In this document: one piece after another, positions 24,624-37,194 of the stretch
Position numbering within the stretch: position 1 is the stretch's first letter
Layout: each line of letters begins with the position of its first letter
Assembly (NCBI GenBank): GCA_965112155.1
Contig: OZ218101.1
DNA length: 64,000 bases
Direction: 5' to 3' (one strand)
DNA from: Podarcis liolepis
Taxonomy: Eukaryota
Position numbers and translations under genes: made by a program
The notes under the pieces: generated by a model
Databases searched by the model: none
What the model was told of the DNA's origin: nothing
Seen by the model: only the letters and a program-made list of their open reading frames with translations

Positions 24624-25948
24624 TCTATAAGTAACTTTTTACTGGATAGGAGCAAATGCTGGGAACTGTGTGTGTTGCTCCTGCACAATAACACAAGTGT
24701 GTCTCTATGTTTTCTTGCAGGCTATATTCTAGTGAAATGCTGTGTGCATGCAAAAAGGAAATGCAGGCAAAAATTGGGAGGGTTCCTTAACTTTTTTCCT
24801 AGAGCCAGTTGCACCACTGATGTGCACCACATAAGGAAAGGAAGGACCATAAGTAAGTGATACAGGTGTGTTTTGTGTACCAAAGGTATCTGGTTGAATT
24901 ACAAATACAGTACCTCTTGTTAAAAAAATGAGGTAGCAGTTTCTTTGAAATACATTTGCCTGAGTTCCCTCCTCTGCCCTCAACTGCAACCAGCCCAAAT
25001 AGACAGTACTTTGCTAGATAGTATGGTCTGGCATAAGGCAGTTTTTTCTGCCTTCAGAAGTGGATGCAGTTGAAATGGAACCATTGGAGAAACACACATT
25101 GACTGACTGAATTGCAGCCTATGGTGGGAAGACCAGGAGATGCTTGCAGTTTCCTAGCAGCCACACACACAATTTCCTCCCTGTTTTACTTCCTTTACCT
25201 TCCAGTGTAAGACACTGAAATAGCCAACTAGAAAGTAAACTGCAGCAAAGGCCACAGTTTCCTGGGAAGTTACCTGAAGTTTCGAGGAAAACTCTAAATA
25301 AGCAGTCAGCTTGTGGCCTGTAAACTGTTGCCTACTCATACTGTAGTTCATAGTGGGGCAATATTTCTATAGTTATATATTTTCTGTCCTTTGTTTTAAG
25401 AAGGCATTCTGGACCTGAATGTGTCAATCTTGTACAAAAACTGGAGACAGATTAAGCGTCCTTTTTCCTTTCCCTTTTTTCTTCTCCTTTTTGAAAGATA
25501 AGAAAGAGCACAAGCTTTGAACTGCAGAGCAATGCTGGAAAGATATTAAGTTGGTATCACATGGGAAAACAAGATGAACAAAGAAATATGGGTAAAACCA
25601 AGGTGAAGGGCATCCTCAAGATGATATAAAAGCTACAATTACAATAGATTGCCTATAAGGCTCGAAGGTAGAGATAGAAGATGAACTGTACTTAGAACAA
25701 AATTAACGCCAATTGCTGGCGGAGCAAGGGCATAAGCAACAATGATGAAGCAGTTGTGTCAGAAGGACTCAAGGGAGTGCGAAGGAGGCAAGCAACCACT
25801 TTGCAACCTCCTTTGTATGTTATATGTTCCAGAAGTGGGGTGATGAAATGAATGAGAGATCTTGACAATTGTTTAATAACGTCTTGCACCCTAAAGCTGG
25901 TGGTAGTATTTTGGGAGCAAATGCTGAGAACTACAGAGGGAATTCTCG

Positions 25949-25982
<34 letters not shown>

Positions 25983-26036
25983 GATTCCTACCATGCCTTG
26001 TGTGATATCATGGTGAACTACGAATACAGCTTTTTT

Positions 26037-26697
26037 TGTTGTTGCTGGCATCCATCTGTCCAGTGAGCCAGTGTGGTGTAGTGGTTAAGAGCGGTAGTCT
26101 CGTAATCTGGGAAACCGGGTTCGCGTCTCCGCTCCTCCACATGCAGCTGCTGGGTGACCTTGGGCCAGTCACACTTCTTTGAAGTCTCTCAGCCCCACTC
26201 ACCTCACAGAGTGTTTGTTGTGGGGGAGGAAGGGAAAGGAGAATGTTAGCTGCTTTGAGACTCCTGAAGGGGAGTGAAAGGCGGGATATCAAATCCAAAC
26301 TCTTCTTCTTCTAAGAGTCAATGGGGTGCACCTCTGGTGGAGAAGTCAACCCACTCGAGAATCACTGTGCCTGTTATGGTTGTAGAGACTAGTAACTCAT
26401 AACTGCTGCTTCCAGCATTGTTTGTGTTGCATTGAGTAACCTCTCCAGGGCACAAGCCTGGGCCTGGGCGGTGTGCATGGAGGTCCTGGGCTGCCCAGAT
26501 GACAAGACACACCCTCCCAGCCCTGCCAATGTGGTCCAAAGGAAAGGAATACATTTGGCACCAGCTTAGCTGTGGGAGTTGCCAGAATGAGACCTACAAG
26601 ACACCATCCCACTGCCTTAGGCACTCCACTCCAGATTTGTGTAGAGTATGTTCCTTAGCCTTTTATTCTCCTGAAGATGTCCTGCTAGGCAGCAGCT
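26037..26697 (-). mobile_element. RTE-derived bipartite non-autonomous retroposon (interrupted by a SINE)
   Basis: 3' end GACAGATGGATGCCAGCAACAACA on the minus strand; body homologous to 34591-34902 and resembling RTE-clade 5' UTRs. Confidence 0.6.
26065..26312 (+). mobile_element. Squam3-type tRNA-derived SINE
   Basis: Head GAGCCAGTGTGGTGTAGTGGTTAAGAGC, B-box-like GGTTCGCGTCTCC, GGGTGACCTTGGGCCAGTCAC core, (TCT)n tail. Confidence 0.88.
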
Positions 26698-28153
26698 AAC
26701 AAATACAGCTGATTATACATTAAAACGGATAAAAACAAAATACAGCAATTAAAACCAGATTAATATCAAACCAGAACATACAGCAGCAACTGGTCAAAGC
26801 ATATCAGCCACCCAACAAAACTCCGGCTGAAAACAATGGCACGTGGTGTACCTCTCAGGCTGGCAGAGGGAACTTCTGCCCTGTAGACCTTAGAGAGTGG
26901 CCTGCCAGGCTGCTTTGGGCAAATCACAGCCACCTTTTCCTGCAGAGCAATCAAAAGAATACATCAAATTCAAAAAGCGTTAGTATTTTGGTGCAAATGA
27001 AGAACCAGGAATGCATTTACATTGCACTCTGGATTATTCCTTCAAATCAAAGCATTCCTTTGATACAAAGGATCTCCCTTTGCAGGCACAGCTTGAGCCG
27101 CACCTGAAAAGGAACAATGTTCCTGTGCATCAACAGTTTAAATTCCCCATTGAGATCTCTGTAATGCAACCAATCCCTGCCCAGAGTGGGGGTTGCTGCT
27201 TTCGGCAGAAGTCTTCCTTTGCAGCCCAGATGGAGTTCAATCTGGGCTACAAAGGAGGAAAGGAAATATTTGGGAGCGCACTTAGAATGCACTCCCATTC
27301 CCCCCCCCTCTGAATTTGTGTCAACTGACCATAATGTCAAAATGTCCAAAGCAAATCGGGACGAGCTCCAAAACTGGTCTGACGGAAGGGAATTCCATAG
27401 CTGAGATGCCACCCTATTGCAAATCACTGCACAATGAGTCAAAGTTAGCAGTGTCTCCCCTGAGGTAAAACTGGAAGGTACCGCCTTGCACAATTGCCGC
27501 CGCCACCACCCCACCTTGCCATCCCCACTGAAACTTTGTTTACTAGGGTTGTAAGGCTGTGGCAAGATTGTGCAGGGCCTCTGGAGGCTGTCAGGTGGTT
27601 TTGAAGGGATCTTGTGAGATCTTACTGGAATGCAGAATCCACTGCAACCTCTTCTCCACTCTTTTCTGGTGGCACAGATGGGGGATGCGAGACTGTGGAA
27701 GTGCCCCTTGGATTCAGCTATCAAGAACTGCACTTTGTGCAAGTACACTGGGTATATACTACCTGAAGCATGATCCAAAACATGTAACAAAAACCCAGTT
27801 GCAGCTTGCCCTAGGAAAAAGCAAGTTCAGGAGGAAGATTTGGAGCAGAGAAGAGGCAGTGAATGAGGAGGGATGCTTAACCTTTTCATGCTTCTCCGTT
27901 ACAAATAACCCTCCCCATAAGCCATGCTTCACAATATTTTTCCAAACACATGAGAAGCTGTCAGCTTGGAGGGAGGGGCAATTTTGAATGTAGAAGCAGT
28001 CAGCTAAGAAAAGGTTAAACATTTCTGATTCCACCCACCCACTTCTCCACTGTAGTTTCCACCTTTGGTTTCTCCTAGAAATAATCTCAATCTGACTTTT
28101 GTTACATCCTGTTGTGTGGAGTGTATAGCTGAGTCTTTATTTGGAGCAGTGTG

Positions 28154-28723
28154 ATAGAATCATAGAAATTCAGAATTGTAGAATTGGAATGGACTCCAAG
28201 GGTCACCTAGTCCAACCCCCTGCAATGCAGAAATCTCAAGTAAAGCATTCAGGGCCGATGGCCATCCAACTTCTGCTTAAAAACCTCCAAGGAAAAAGAG
28301 TCCACCACCTTCTAGGAAAGTCTGTTCCACTGTTGAACAGCTCTTACTGTCAGAAAGTTCTACCTGATGTTTAGTCAGAATCTCATTTCTTTTAACTTGA
28401 ATCCATTAGTACATGCCCTACCCTCTGGAGCAGGAGAAAACAAGCTTGCTTCATATTTCATGTGACAGCTTTTTAGATATCTGAAGATGGCTATCATATC
28501 TCCTCTCAGTCTCCTCTTTCCCAGGCTAAACATACCCAATTCCCTCAACTATTCCTCATAAGACTTGGCTTCCAGACCCTTGATAATCTTGACCAGCCTC
28601 CTCTGCACCAGTTCTAGTTTATCAATATCCTTCTTAATTTGTGGTGCCAAAAACTGGACACAGTATTCCAGATGTGGTTGAACCAAAATAAAATAAAGCA
28701 GTATTATTACTTCCCTTGACCTG
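28154..28723 (-). mobile_element. CR1 LINE 3' fragment (older)
   Basis: ATAGAATCATAG tail; sequence homologous to the CR1 at 32455-33480. Confidence 0.9.
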
Positions 28724-29081
28724 AGCATGGATAGTTGGAGTGTGTGTGTGCAAACATCTTTCCTTCAGATTGTGTCACCAGTGTGAGGAATCCAGTATTC
28801 ACAGTGAAAAGGTCCCAGCTAGCACTTCATTGCTTTATAACTGCAATGACTAGGAAAGCTGGTATCTAAATGATTGCAAGGAGGACTAATTTCCATTCTG
28901 TCATATTGCCCCTTGCTTGTGGAGCTTTCGCCATTGGAAAGTGCATTTAATTTTTCAGTTGAAATTGAACTCAACTCCGTTAATTAATCCAATTTCATTT
29001 CCTGTACCTTATCCATCAGCATTGATAGAATCATGACAGAACCTTTGCATATTACTTTGATTTGCTGGATATGCTGTTTTT

Positions 29082-30005
29082 ATTTTATTTTTTTAATTCA
29101 AAATTAAAACAAAGCATATTATCCAGAAACATATCATCCTTATTTTCCCCCCATTTTTCCTCCCTCCCCCCACCCTCCCACACAAAACCCACCCACCCCC
29201 ACCCCCCTGGCTTCCCTCAGTTCCAGTCTTTGATTTCTCTGAGAATGCTGTTTTCTGCTTGTTACAAAGTTGTATAAATCCTCAAACTATTTAGCTGATT
29301 ATTATCAATAAAAAGTTTGTGAATGTTTATTCAAAGCCAGACAAGGAGTCCAGTTCGCTTTGTTGTGTCTTCAAATACTTTGTAAAGGGTTCCCATTCAT
29401 CTTTAAAGTCACAGTTATCCTTATCCCGTAGCTTATATGTCAGTTTTGCCAGTTCTGCATAGTCCATAAATTTTTCTTGCCATGATTCTTTAGTTGGGGT
29501 TTCTTCAGTCTTCCATTCTTGTGCTATTAGAACTCTCGCGACCGTTGTCACATGCATGAAGATGTTTTTCAGCTTTTTTGGCAGATCTTTCCCTACAATC
29601 CCTAACAAAAATGCTTCAGGTTTTTAAACAAATGTTAAATGGAATATTTTCTTCAATTCGTTGTATATCATTTCCCAATTTTTTAAAATTACATTACAAT
29701 CCCACCACATATGATAAAATGTCCCTTCCTTTCCCTTACACTTCCAACATATATTTGAACAAGTTTTATACATTTTCCCTAACTGCACTGGTGTCGTGTA
29801 CCATCTGTACATCATCTTCATGTAATTCTCCTTCAATAGGGAACAATCTGTAAATTTTAAATCAGTTTTCCATAACGTTTCCCATTCTTCCATCATAATA
29901 TTGTGACCTACATCTTGTGCCCATTTAATCATAACTGATTTTATCTCTTCATCTTTCGTCTCCCATTCTAATAGTATGCTGTATGCGGCCTTCAGTAATT
30001 TCACA
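29082..30005 (-). mobile_element. 5'-truncated L1 LINE, second family
   Basis: ORFs 29624-30004 and 29327-29608 are one frame split by a single TAA (TFV*KPEAFLLG); CWKCKGKEGTFYHMWWDC knuckle; 13-bp TSD ATATGCTGTTTTT (29069-29081, 30006-30018) at a canonical TTTT/AA site. Confidence 0.95.
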
Positions 30006-30761
30006 ATATGCTGTTTTTAAAGGGAAAGCGAGAGGAGAGAGATAAAATGGTTACAACATGTGTCTAGGCTCTTCTCTGTGGCCTGAGAACCCTGCTCCAC
30101 CCTCAACAGTGTGAGACCAATTGACCTGCTATAGGTTCAAGAGATGAGTGGATACCCTAACAATGTGTGCTTGGTGCTTGGCTTAATATACCGTAAGTCA
30201 ACATCTCTCCTTCACCTAACAATCAGTACCATTGGAGCTGATAGCATTCATGATCCATTTGATGAATGCAGTGAACATTTAGCCTTCTGCCATGCTCAAA
30301 CATTTCTGACAGGGTATAAGTAGCATTTTTAGAAACATAAAGGCCTCTAGAAAATTCTTTGGAACTCTAGTATTCTGTAGGAGAGTTAAAACTCTTGAAG
30401 AATCTGCAGATAATTCCTTGTGGTATGTAAGACTTATTATACTGCTTTTCAATTGTGACAAACAATAGCAGCTTAGCTTTTACAATTCCCACTTTGCAGA
30501 ATTTATCCTTCTTTGTTAAATCTGTTTTCACCCAAAGTGTGGCAATTCAGAATGATCACAACAATACTGGGCCACATTACCTAACTCTTCAGATATGTTT
30601 AGTCTTTATAATTTATAATTCAGCATTTCAAGGCCAGGTCAATTTTCTTCCTGCTCTAAAATTCTGAGACTGATTCATGTACAGTCCTTGTTTAATCCAA
30701 GGCTGCATGTATACTTACATCTCTTGAACTCAATGGGACATAATTTCTGATTATATCTGTA

Positions 30762-30969
30762 CAGTGGTGCCTCTGGTTACGAACGCTTCAGGTTACGAAC
30801 TCCGCTAACCCAGAAGTAGTTGCTCCTGGTTGTGAACTTTGCCCCAGGATGCAAACAGAAATCACACACCGGAGGCCCCATTAGTGAAAGCGCCCCTCAG
30901 GATAAGAACAGTTTCAGTTTAAGAACAGACCTCTGGAACAAATTAAGTTCATAACCAGAGGTACCACTG
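30762..30969. mobile_element. Tigger/pogo-like MITE, copy 3
   Basis: TA|CAGTGGTGCCTCTGGTTAC...AACCAGAGGTACCACTG|TA. Confidence 0.9.
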
Positions 30970-32454
30970 TATTGGATTACACTGTTAGTTTCTGAGAAAA
31001 AATTTTTTTTGTGTATTTAACTAGTGGTAAGTAACAAACATGAAAACGAAGTAGATTTAAGGTAAATATAAGAAAAACCAATATATCTCTAAGAGACTAC
31101 CTGTTTACTACAAGCACTGAAAGCTTATGAGGTAGCTGGGAAAATATTTGAATTTATTAATCACCAGCATAAATTGTTTAGAAGCTACTGTATGTTCAGA
31201 ATTTTAAGTGCCAGATATCAGAGTTTATTAAATATTTCTAATTTCTAGGCACTCAAGTTTCTAGGGGGCAGACAAGAAGGTATTTGAATTGCTAGTCTCA
31301 CAAAAAATAGTACAAATAAAGGGGTTTTGCAATGTGTCACAAAGATGTTTCTGTTCAGTGATGGCTGGTATACCCTTCATCCATCTCTTTTCCACCCATC
31401 ACTACTGCTATCTATTCCTCTCTGGAAGAGTTCCTTATAAATAAATAGAAATAAAAGTATAAATTAACATTTTCTATGTTTAAAAAAATAATAGTCCATC
31501 ATTCCACCCTTCCCTCAGGTTCCCATTTCTCAATCAATTGCCTATTCTGTACCTTTCTTGTCTATGGGCTTCCTAGTGGTCTTGCTCCCTTTTATAGCTT
31601 CCTTGTCCACAGGCTTCCCCATAAACACCCTCCTTCATCTACGACATGTGTAGAGCTTAATTCCCAGTCAAATGGATAAGTTTTCCCTCCCTCATAGATA
31701 TTGGACTGCAAACATTCTGACAACATGGTCCTAAACAACTGAAACATTTATGAACATTCCATGTCATCACACAAGCTCAGCCAATCAACATAAGAGATCT
31801 TAGTGCAAGAAATGCAATGCAATACAGAGAATTCTTTAGTGAATCCATATGGGGGGGGGGGGAGCAGAGCAAAAACCCCAGATTATTTGTAAAGCTTGCA
31901 GTCAGGGGTTCAAGTCTCAAATGAATATATATATGAGTGAAGCATTTTTAAACAATGTGGTGAATGTAAACCACCCATTTGATATAAAGCTTATTCAATC
32001 AGTCTGATAAAGTGCCTCTTGTGCCAACCTTCTGGAGCAGATTTGGAGATGGCATGGGGAAGGAGAGGGGATTTTGATTGCACTTGTGGGAATCGTTGTG
32101 TTGGCTTCCGCTAGCATAACTGTTTGGTTGAATACAGTCCTCTGCCTTACTAAAACCATGGTATGTTCTTACGTCTGAACCAGCAAGGTGATTCCCTCAA
32201 AATGAAGACTGCAAACCAGGAATCAAACCGTTTTTCAGTCCTGGTTTGGAGGGACTGCTTAAACCACAGTTTGGATGTAACTGTACACTATGGTTTGATG
32301 AAGATAGAAAGTAATGAGAGGAGCAGGGCCTTTGAAAAGGGGTAGGATTAAAATCTGAAATTTAACCAAATCTAGATCAGACCTTTAGCCAGGAGAACAA
32401 CATGGATATACAATGAGATAATTTAATTTAACCTCATTTAATACCGACTCTTCT

Positions 32455-33480
32455 TAGAATCATAGAATCATAGAGTTGGAAGAGACCACAAGGGCCATCG
32501 AGTCCAACCCCCTGCCAAGCAGGAAACACCATCAGAGCACTCCTGACATATGGTTGTCAAGCCTCTGCTTAAAGACCTCCAAAAAAGGAGACTCCACCAC
32601 ACTCCTTGGCAGCAAATTCCACTGTCAAACAGCTCTTACTGTCAGGAAGTTCTTCCTAATGTTTAGGTGGAATCTTCTTTCTTGTAGTTTGCATCCATTG
32701 CTCCGTGTCCGCTTCTCTGGAGCAGCAGAAAACAACCTTTCTCCCTCCTCTATATGACATCCTTTTATATATTTGAACATGGCTATTATATCACCCCTTA
32801 ACCTCCTCTTCTCCAGGATAAACATGCCCAGCTCCCTTAGCCGTTCCTCATAAGGCATCGTTTCCAGACCTTTGACCATTTTGGTTGCCCTCCTCTGGAC
32901 ACATTCCAGTTTGTCAGTGTCCTTCTTGAACTGTGGTGCCCAGAACTGGACACAGTACTCCAGGTGAGGTCTGACCAGAGCAGAATACAGTGGCACTATT
33001 ACTTCCCTTGATCTAGATGCTATACTCCTATTGATGCAGCCCAGAATTGCATTGGCTTTTTTAGCTGCCACGTCACACTGTTGGCTCATGTCAAGTTTGT
33101 GGTCAACCAAGACTCCTAGATCCTTTTCACATGTACTGCTCTCAATCCAGGTGTCACCCATCTTGTATTTGTGCCTCTCATTTTTTTTTTGCCCAAGTGC
33201 AATACTTTACATTTCTCCCTGTTAAAGTTCATCTTGTTTGTTTTGGCCCAGTTCTCTAATCTGTCAAGGTCGTTTTGAAGTGTGATCCTGTCCTCTGGGG
33301 TGTTAGCCACCCCTCCCAGTTTGGTGTCATCTGCAAATTTGATCAGGATGCCATTGAGTCCATCATCCAAGTCGTTGATAAAGATGTTGAATAAGACCGG
33401 GCCCAAGACAGAACCCTGTGGCACCCCACTAGTCACTCTTCTCCAGGATGAAGAGGAACCATTGATGAGCACCCTTTGGT
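32455..33480 (-). mobile_element. Young 5'-truncated CR1 LINE (RT C-terminal half)
   Basis: RT motifs [10 protein letters not shown] and KFADDTKL, then [13 protein letters not shown]; (ATTCTATG)n tail; only a frameshift in the T10 run (33181-33190) and a CGA>TGA stop at 32625; possible 6-bp TSD TCTTCT. Confidence 0.96.
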
Positions 33481-34590
33481 TCTTCTATGATTAATCACGT
33501 GAACACTCTTTTTTGTCATTGCTAATGAACATTCTGAGCATACTGAGCGGTGAGAAGAATGAGCTGATGGGAAAAGAAATTCAGTTAGCTCATTATTCAG
33601 CATTATTGGTGCAGTCCCTTAGACACTCTGCTCTTAAAGGAGCCATATGGTGTTATTATTCAAAACCACTTTTAAAGATGGGCTGGTGGGAAGTTTGTTG
33701 ATAAAATTATAAGTAATGAAGTAGCCCCAAGGAGGAATGTCAGAGAGAAGAGGTGATCTTGATTCGAAGGCCTACCTTCCTAATTGTTATTATGCTTACA
33801 AGGACATTCTGTAAAAAGAAAAATGAGTGCCTCACACAACACCTGCTGTAAAAAGGTACTAGAATGCTGGAGCCAGCTTAAATCATTCTTTTGCCTGAAA
33901 CAAACTGCCAAACAAGCCTTAGGCCATTTAATTTCCAAATACCAATAATTAAAATGAGTCACATCATCAGAGTTTGGCAGGGCTGCAGCCTTCTTTTCCC
34001 CTTTTCATTTCCACATAAATTTCAGTGAAGGTCAGGGTTTGGAGGGACAGAGCAGAACCTGCCTCCTTTGTGCTCAGGGGAGGCTAAAATATGACTTGTT
34101 CACAGTGTCCCTCATAGTTCAGGACTTAATGGCCCTTGACGGGGATAACCTAGAAGTTAATTTCACTCTATGTCCCAAAAGCAGTCATTGTCATTGCAAT
34201 TTGTGTAGACTGAAGGGTATTTTTCCCTCTCATGATCAGGAGTGGCCAATAAGTGATATCTATGAACTATGGAATAATTGCTTATTGATTGTGTCTTTTT
34301 GTTAAAGTAGTATGGTAACAAAAAGCCCTCTCCCTCCTGCTATCTCACTATTCACCTTTACACTGGTTTTCAGTTGTATCTTATATCTATTTAAATACCA
34401 TTCTCTGCTACATGATGCATAGCCCCAGAGGGAACAATTTTGTCACTAACTGCATTGGTGTCACCTCAGTGTAAGTGGTCACTTAAACACTGCCTTCATC
34501 TGGGGGGGTGGGGGGGACTAGACACAGTTATTCACCCACTGATGTACATATTCATATATACCGATGCAAATTTCCAAATGCAGTTGTGGG

Positions 34591-34902
34591 CAATGGAGTG
34601 TGCCTCCAGGGGTGAAGTCAAACCACTGTGTTAGCAGCACTGAAGTGACCTTCCTGGGACACAAGCCTGGCAGTATATATGGAGGTCCTGGGCTGCCCAT
34701 ATTACAAGACCCATCCCTCTTGGCCTTGCCAATGTGTCCAAAGGAAAGCAGAGCAATGCATTTGACACAAGCTTGGCTGCAGGAGTTGATGGAAGGAGGC
34801 GTACAAGACACCATCCAACCGTCTTAGGGACTCCACCCTATATTTGTGTAGGGTTTACTCCTTAGACTTTTCTTCCCCTGAAGATATCCCGCATGGCAGC
34901 AG
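34591..34902 (-). mobile_element. RTE-derived bipartite non-autonomous retroposon, copy 2
   Basis: Colinear with 26318-26697 (GGAGGTCCTGGGCTGCCCA, CCAAAGGAAAG, CTGAAGAT). Confidence 0.65.
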
Positions 34903-37194
34903 ACGCATAAGATACTAGTCTATAATATTGTTTTTCATTTCATTTTAATTAACTGTTAGAAAAACAAGACCTAGCATCATGGTAAATGCCAGTTTATTTT
35001 CATATTAAGAGTGGTGTTTACGCTGCACCAACTGTTTCTCCCAGGAGTAGCTGATTAGGGCTCCATCTTTGTTTTTGTTGCTGGGAAATGAATGCCATAT
35101 TAAAGAGATACTCAATTCCCAAATAACATTCCTTAGAAGCTATGAGCAGAATTTGTGTAAGGGACGTTATTCCCAGCAAGTTTCCACAGGAAATAGCAGG
35201 CCAATTCTTGCTTCAATAAGTAAGGTGAGTGGGCACTTCTCTGCTATGGATCTACAGGAGTCTACCTACCCCCGCACCCCAGGAATTGTATTGCTAGACT
35301 TGGCAGGCTGGGGCATCTATTCCTTAGTAGTATTTCGTGTACACATTTCTTCATAATACTATCCCAGAATGTTTTACAATTCAAATTAAGGCAAAATTCA
35401 GTAAGACAAATGCAAATACAAAAGGCACTAAAATGCTTTAAATCAATATGTTAAAATACACAGCAAATCTACCCTTCTTTAAAGTATGAAGGGGGGGGAG
35501 TTAAAGTCTGGGAAAATAGAAAGATTTTCAACTTGCACCAAACGGACAATGGAGTAGGTACCAGGCAGGCATAATTCTTTGGAGAGGACATTCCATAACT
35601 GAGCTGCCATAGCTGATCACCATTGGTCACCACGTGACTTATTTCTGATGACATAGATACCCAGTGAATAACTTTTATACGAGGATTAGAAAATTCAAGG
35701 AGGAGAAGGCTTTCAATGGCTACTAGCCACAATGGCTGTGTTCCCTCTCAACTGTTGGATGCAGTATGCCTCTGCAGACTAGTTGCTTGGAAAATAACAT
35801 ATCCTGCTTGTGGGCGTCTCACAGGCATCTGGTTGGCCATTGTGAGATGATGGACTAGATGGGTCCTAGCCAGATCCAGCAGGGCTCTTTTTATTTTCTT
35901 ATGATGTGGGTGCAGACGTTTCTCAAGGTAAGGCAAGGCATTTTTAAAAATATAGTAAGGGCTCCTTCCTACAGTTGCTCGGTTTGTGGTTGACACTTTT
36001 TGATTCAGCTCATGGCAGTTCCCTACTTGCAGTGAATGTGTGGTCATGACAGAAACTGGCAACCTGCCACTGAAACAACCAACATGGCTGGAAAACTGGT
36101 AGCTTTTTCTCATCGTGGGCACATTAGTCAACTGTGCTCAAGAAGAACTGAAGAACAGATGGTCTGTTGTGAATCCAGCATTTGTGCAAATGGACTCTGA
36201 GGTCTAAATCTGACATTTTTGTTTCCATTCACATTACAGAACCTACATTAGACATGATATGCAGAATCTGAGTGATGGGTGATGGATCCTGTTGGAACCA
36301 AAGGGAATCTTTATGTAGAAGTAATGACTGATCTAATAAAAAAGAAACATAAAATTTTAAAAAGGGATGAAAAAATATTTCAAATGCTATCCAAGCAATT
36401 ATTTCCTTTTGTACAGGGACAAGTTTTTGATTGGTAGGACAATGACAGTGAGATAATAGGCAGCCTCTCAACCTTGAAAGGTATTTGAATACTTCGATAC
36501 ATGTTACCCTAGTAACTAATAGAAACTGGCCTTGTGTGTACTAGTGAGATGCTGAAAACAGTTTAGGTTCTCCAAGTGATAGTCAGCTGTTGCTATCCTT
36601 GGTTATGTTTAAAATATGCTGTTGTTATGTGGAACATTTTGAGGCATTGTCATATCAGCTTGAATAATCAACATCTCATATACATACAGCATTGTGATGA
36701 TGCCTTGTTTGGGTGTCAAAGAAGAACATAGAAAGCTAGTTTATAACAAGTCTGTCAATTATAATCATCATTATCACCATCGCCATCATCAATTTATTAT
36801 TTCCCCTTCACCCTAAGATCCCAGGGAGAGTAGCAACAGTAAAGCACAAGTATTGTCTACAGTGGTGGTCAGTGTGTTGCCCTCCAGACATTGTTGGACC
36901 ACAACTCCCACCATCCCAAGACAATATGGTAAAAGGTCAGGGTTCAGTGATGGAGGTTATATTCCACCAGCATCTGGAAAGCACCAAGTTGGCTGCTTCT
37001 GGTCTACACTGATTGGCAAGAGCTCTCCATTGTGTGCCCTGGGAATGGCAGGCAGGCTGGATGGCTTTTCCTCCAGTGCTTGTAGCAGCAGTTTAGTTGC
37101 CCTAGTGGCTGAAGTTTCATGCAGGCTGAGGTTTGCTCCCACACCAATAGGCTTCCCCCTCTACTGGGGTTTAATGAGTTTAATCTTAAATAAA

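Noticed and set aside
26065-26140. tRNA gene
   Set aside because: A and B boxes are present but the cloverleaf is incomplete and continues into a SINE body; same for 19100 and 55068.
27047-27790. 247-aa minus-strand ORF
   Set aside because: Runs through MITE and L2 remnants (SQLWNSLP is an L2 motif); no domain or splice structure.
32625-33472. Domesticated or functional reverse transcriptase
   Set aside because: 5'-truncated CR1 with a frameshift and premature stop; its openness is explained by young age.
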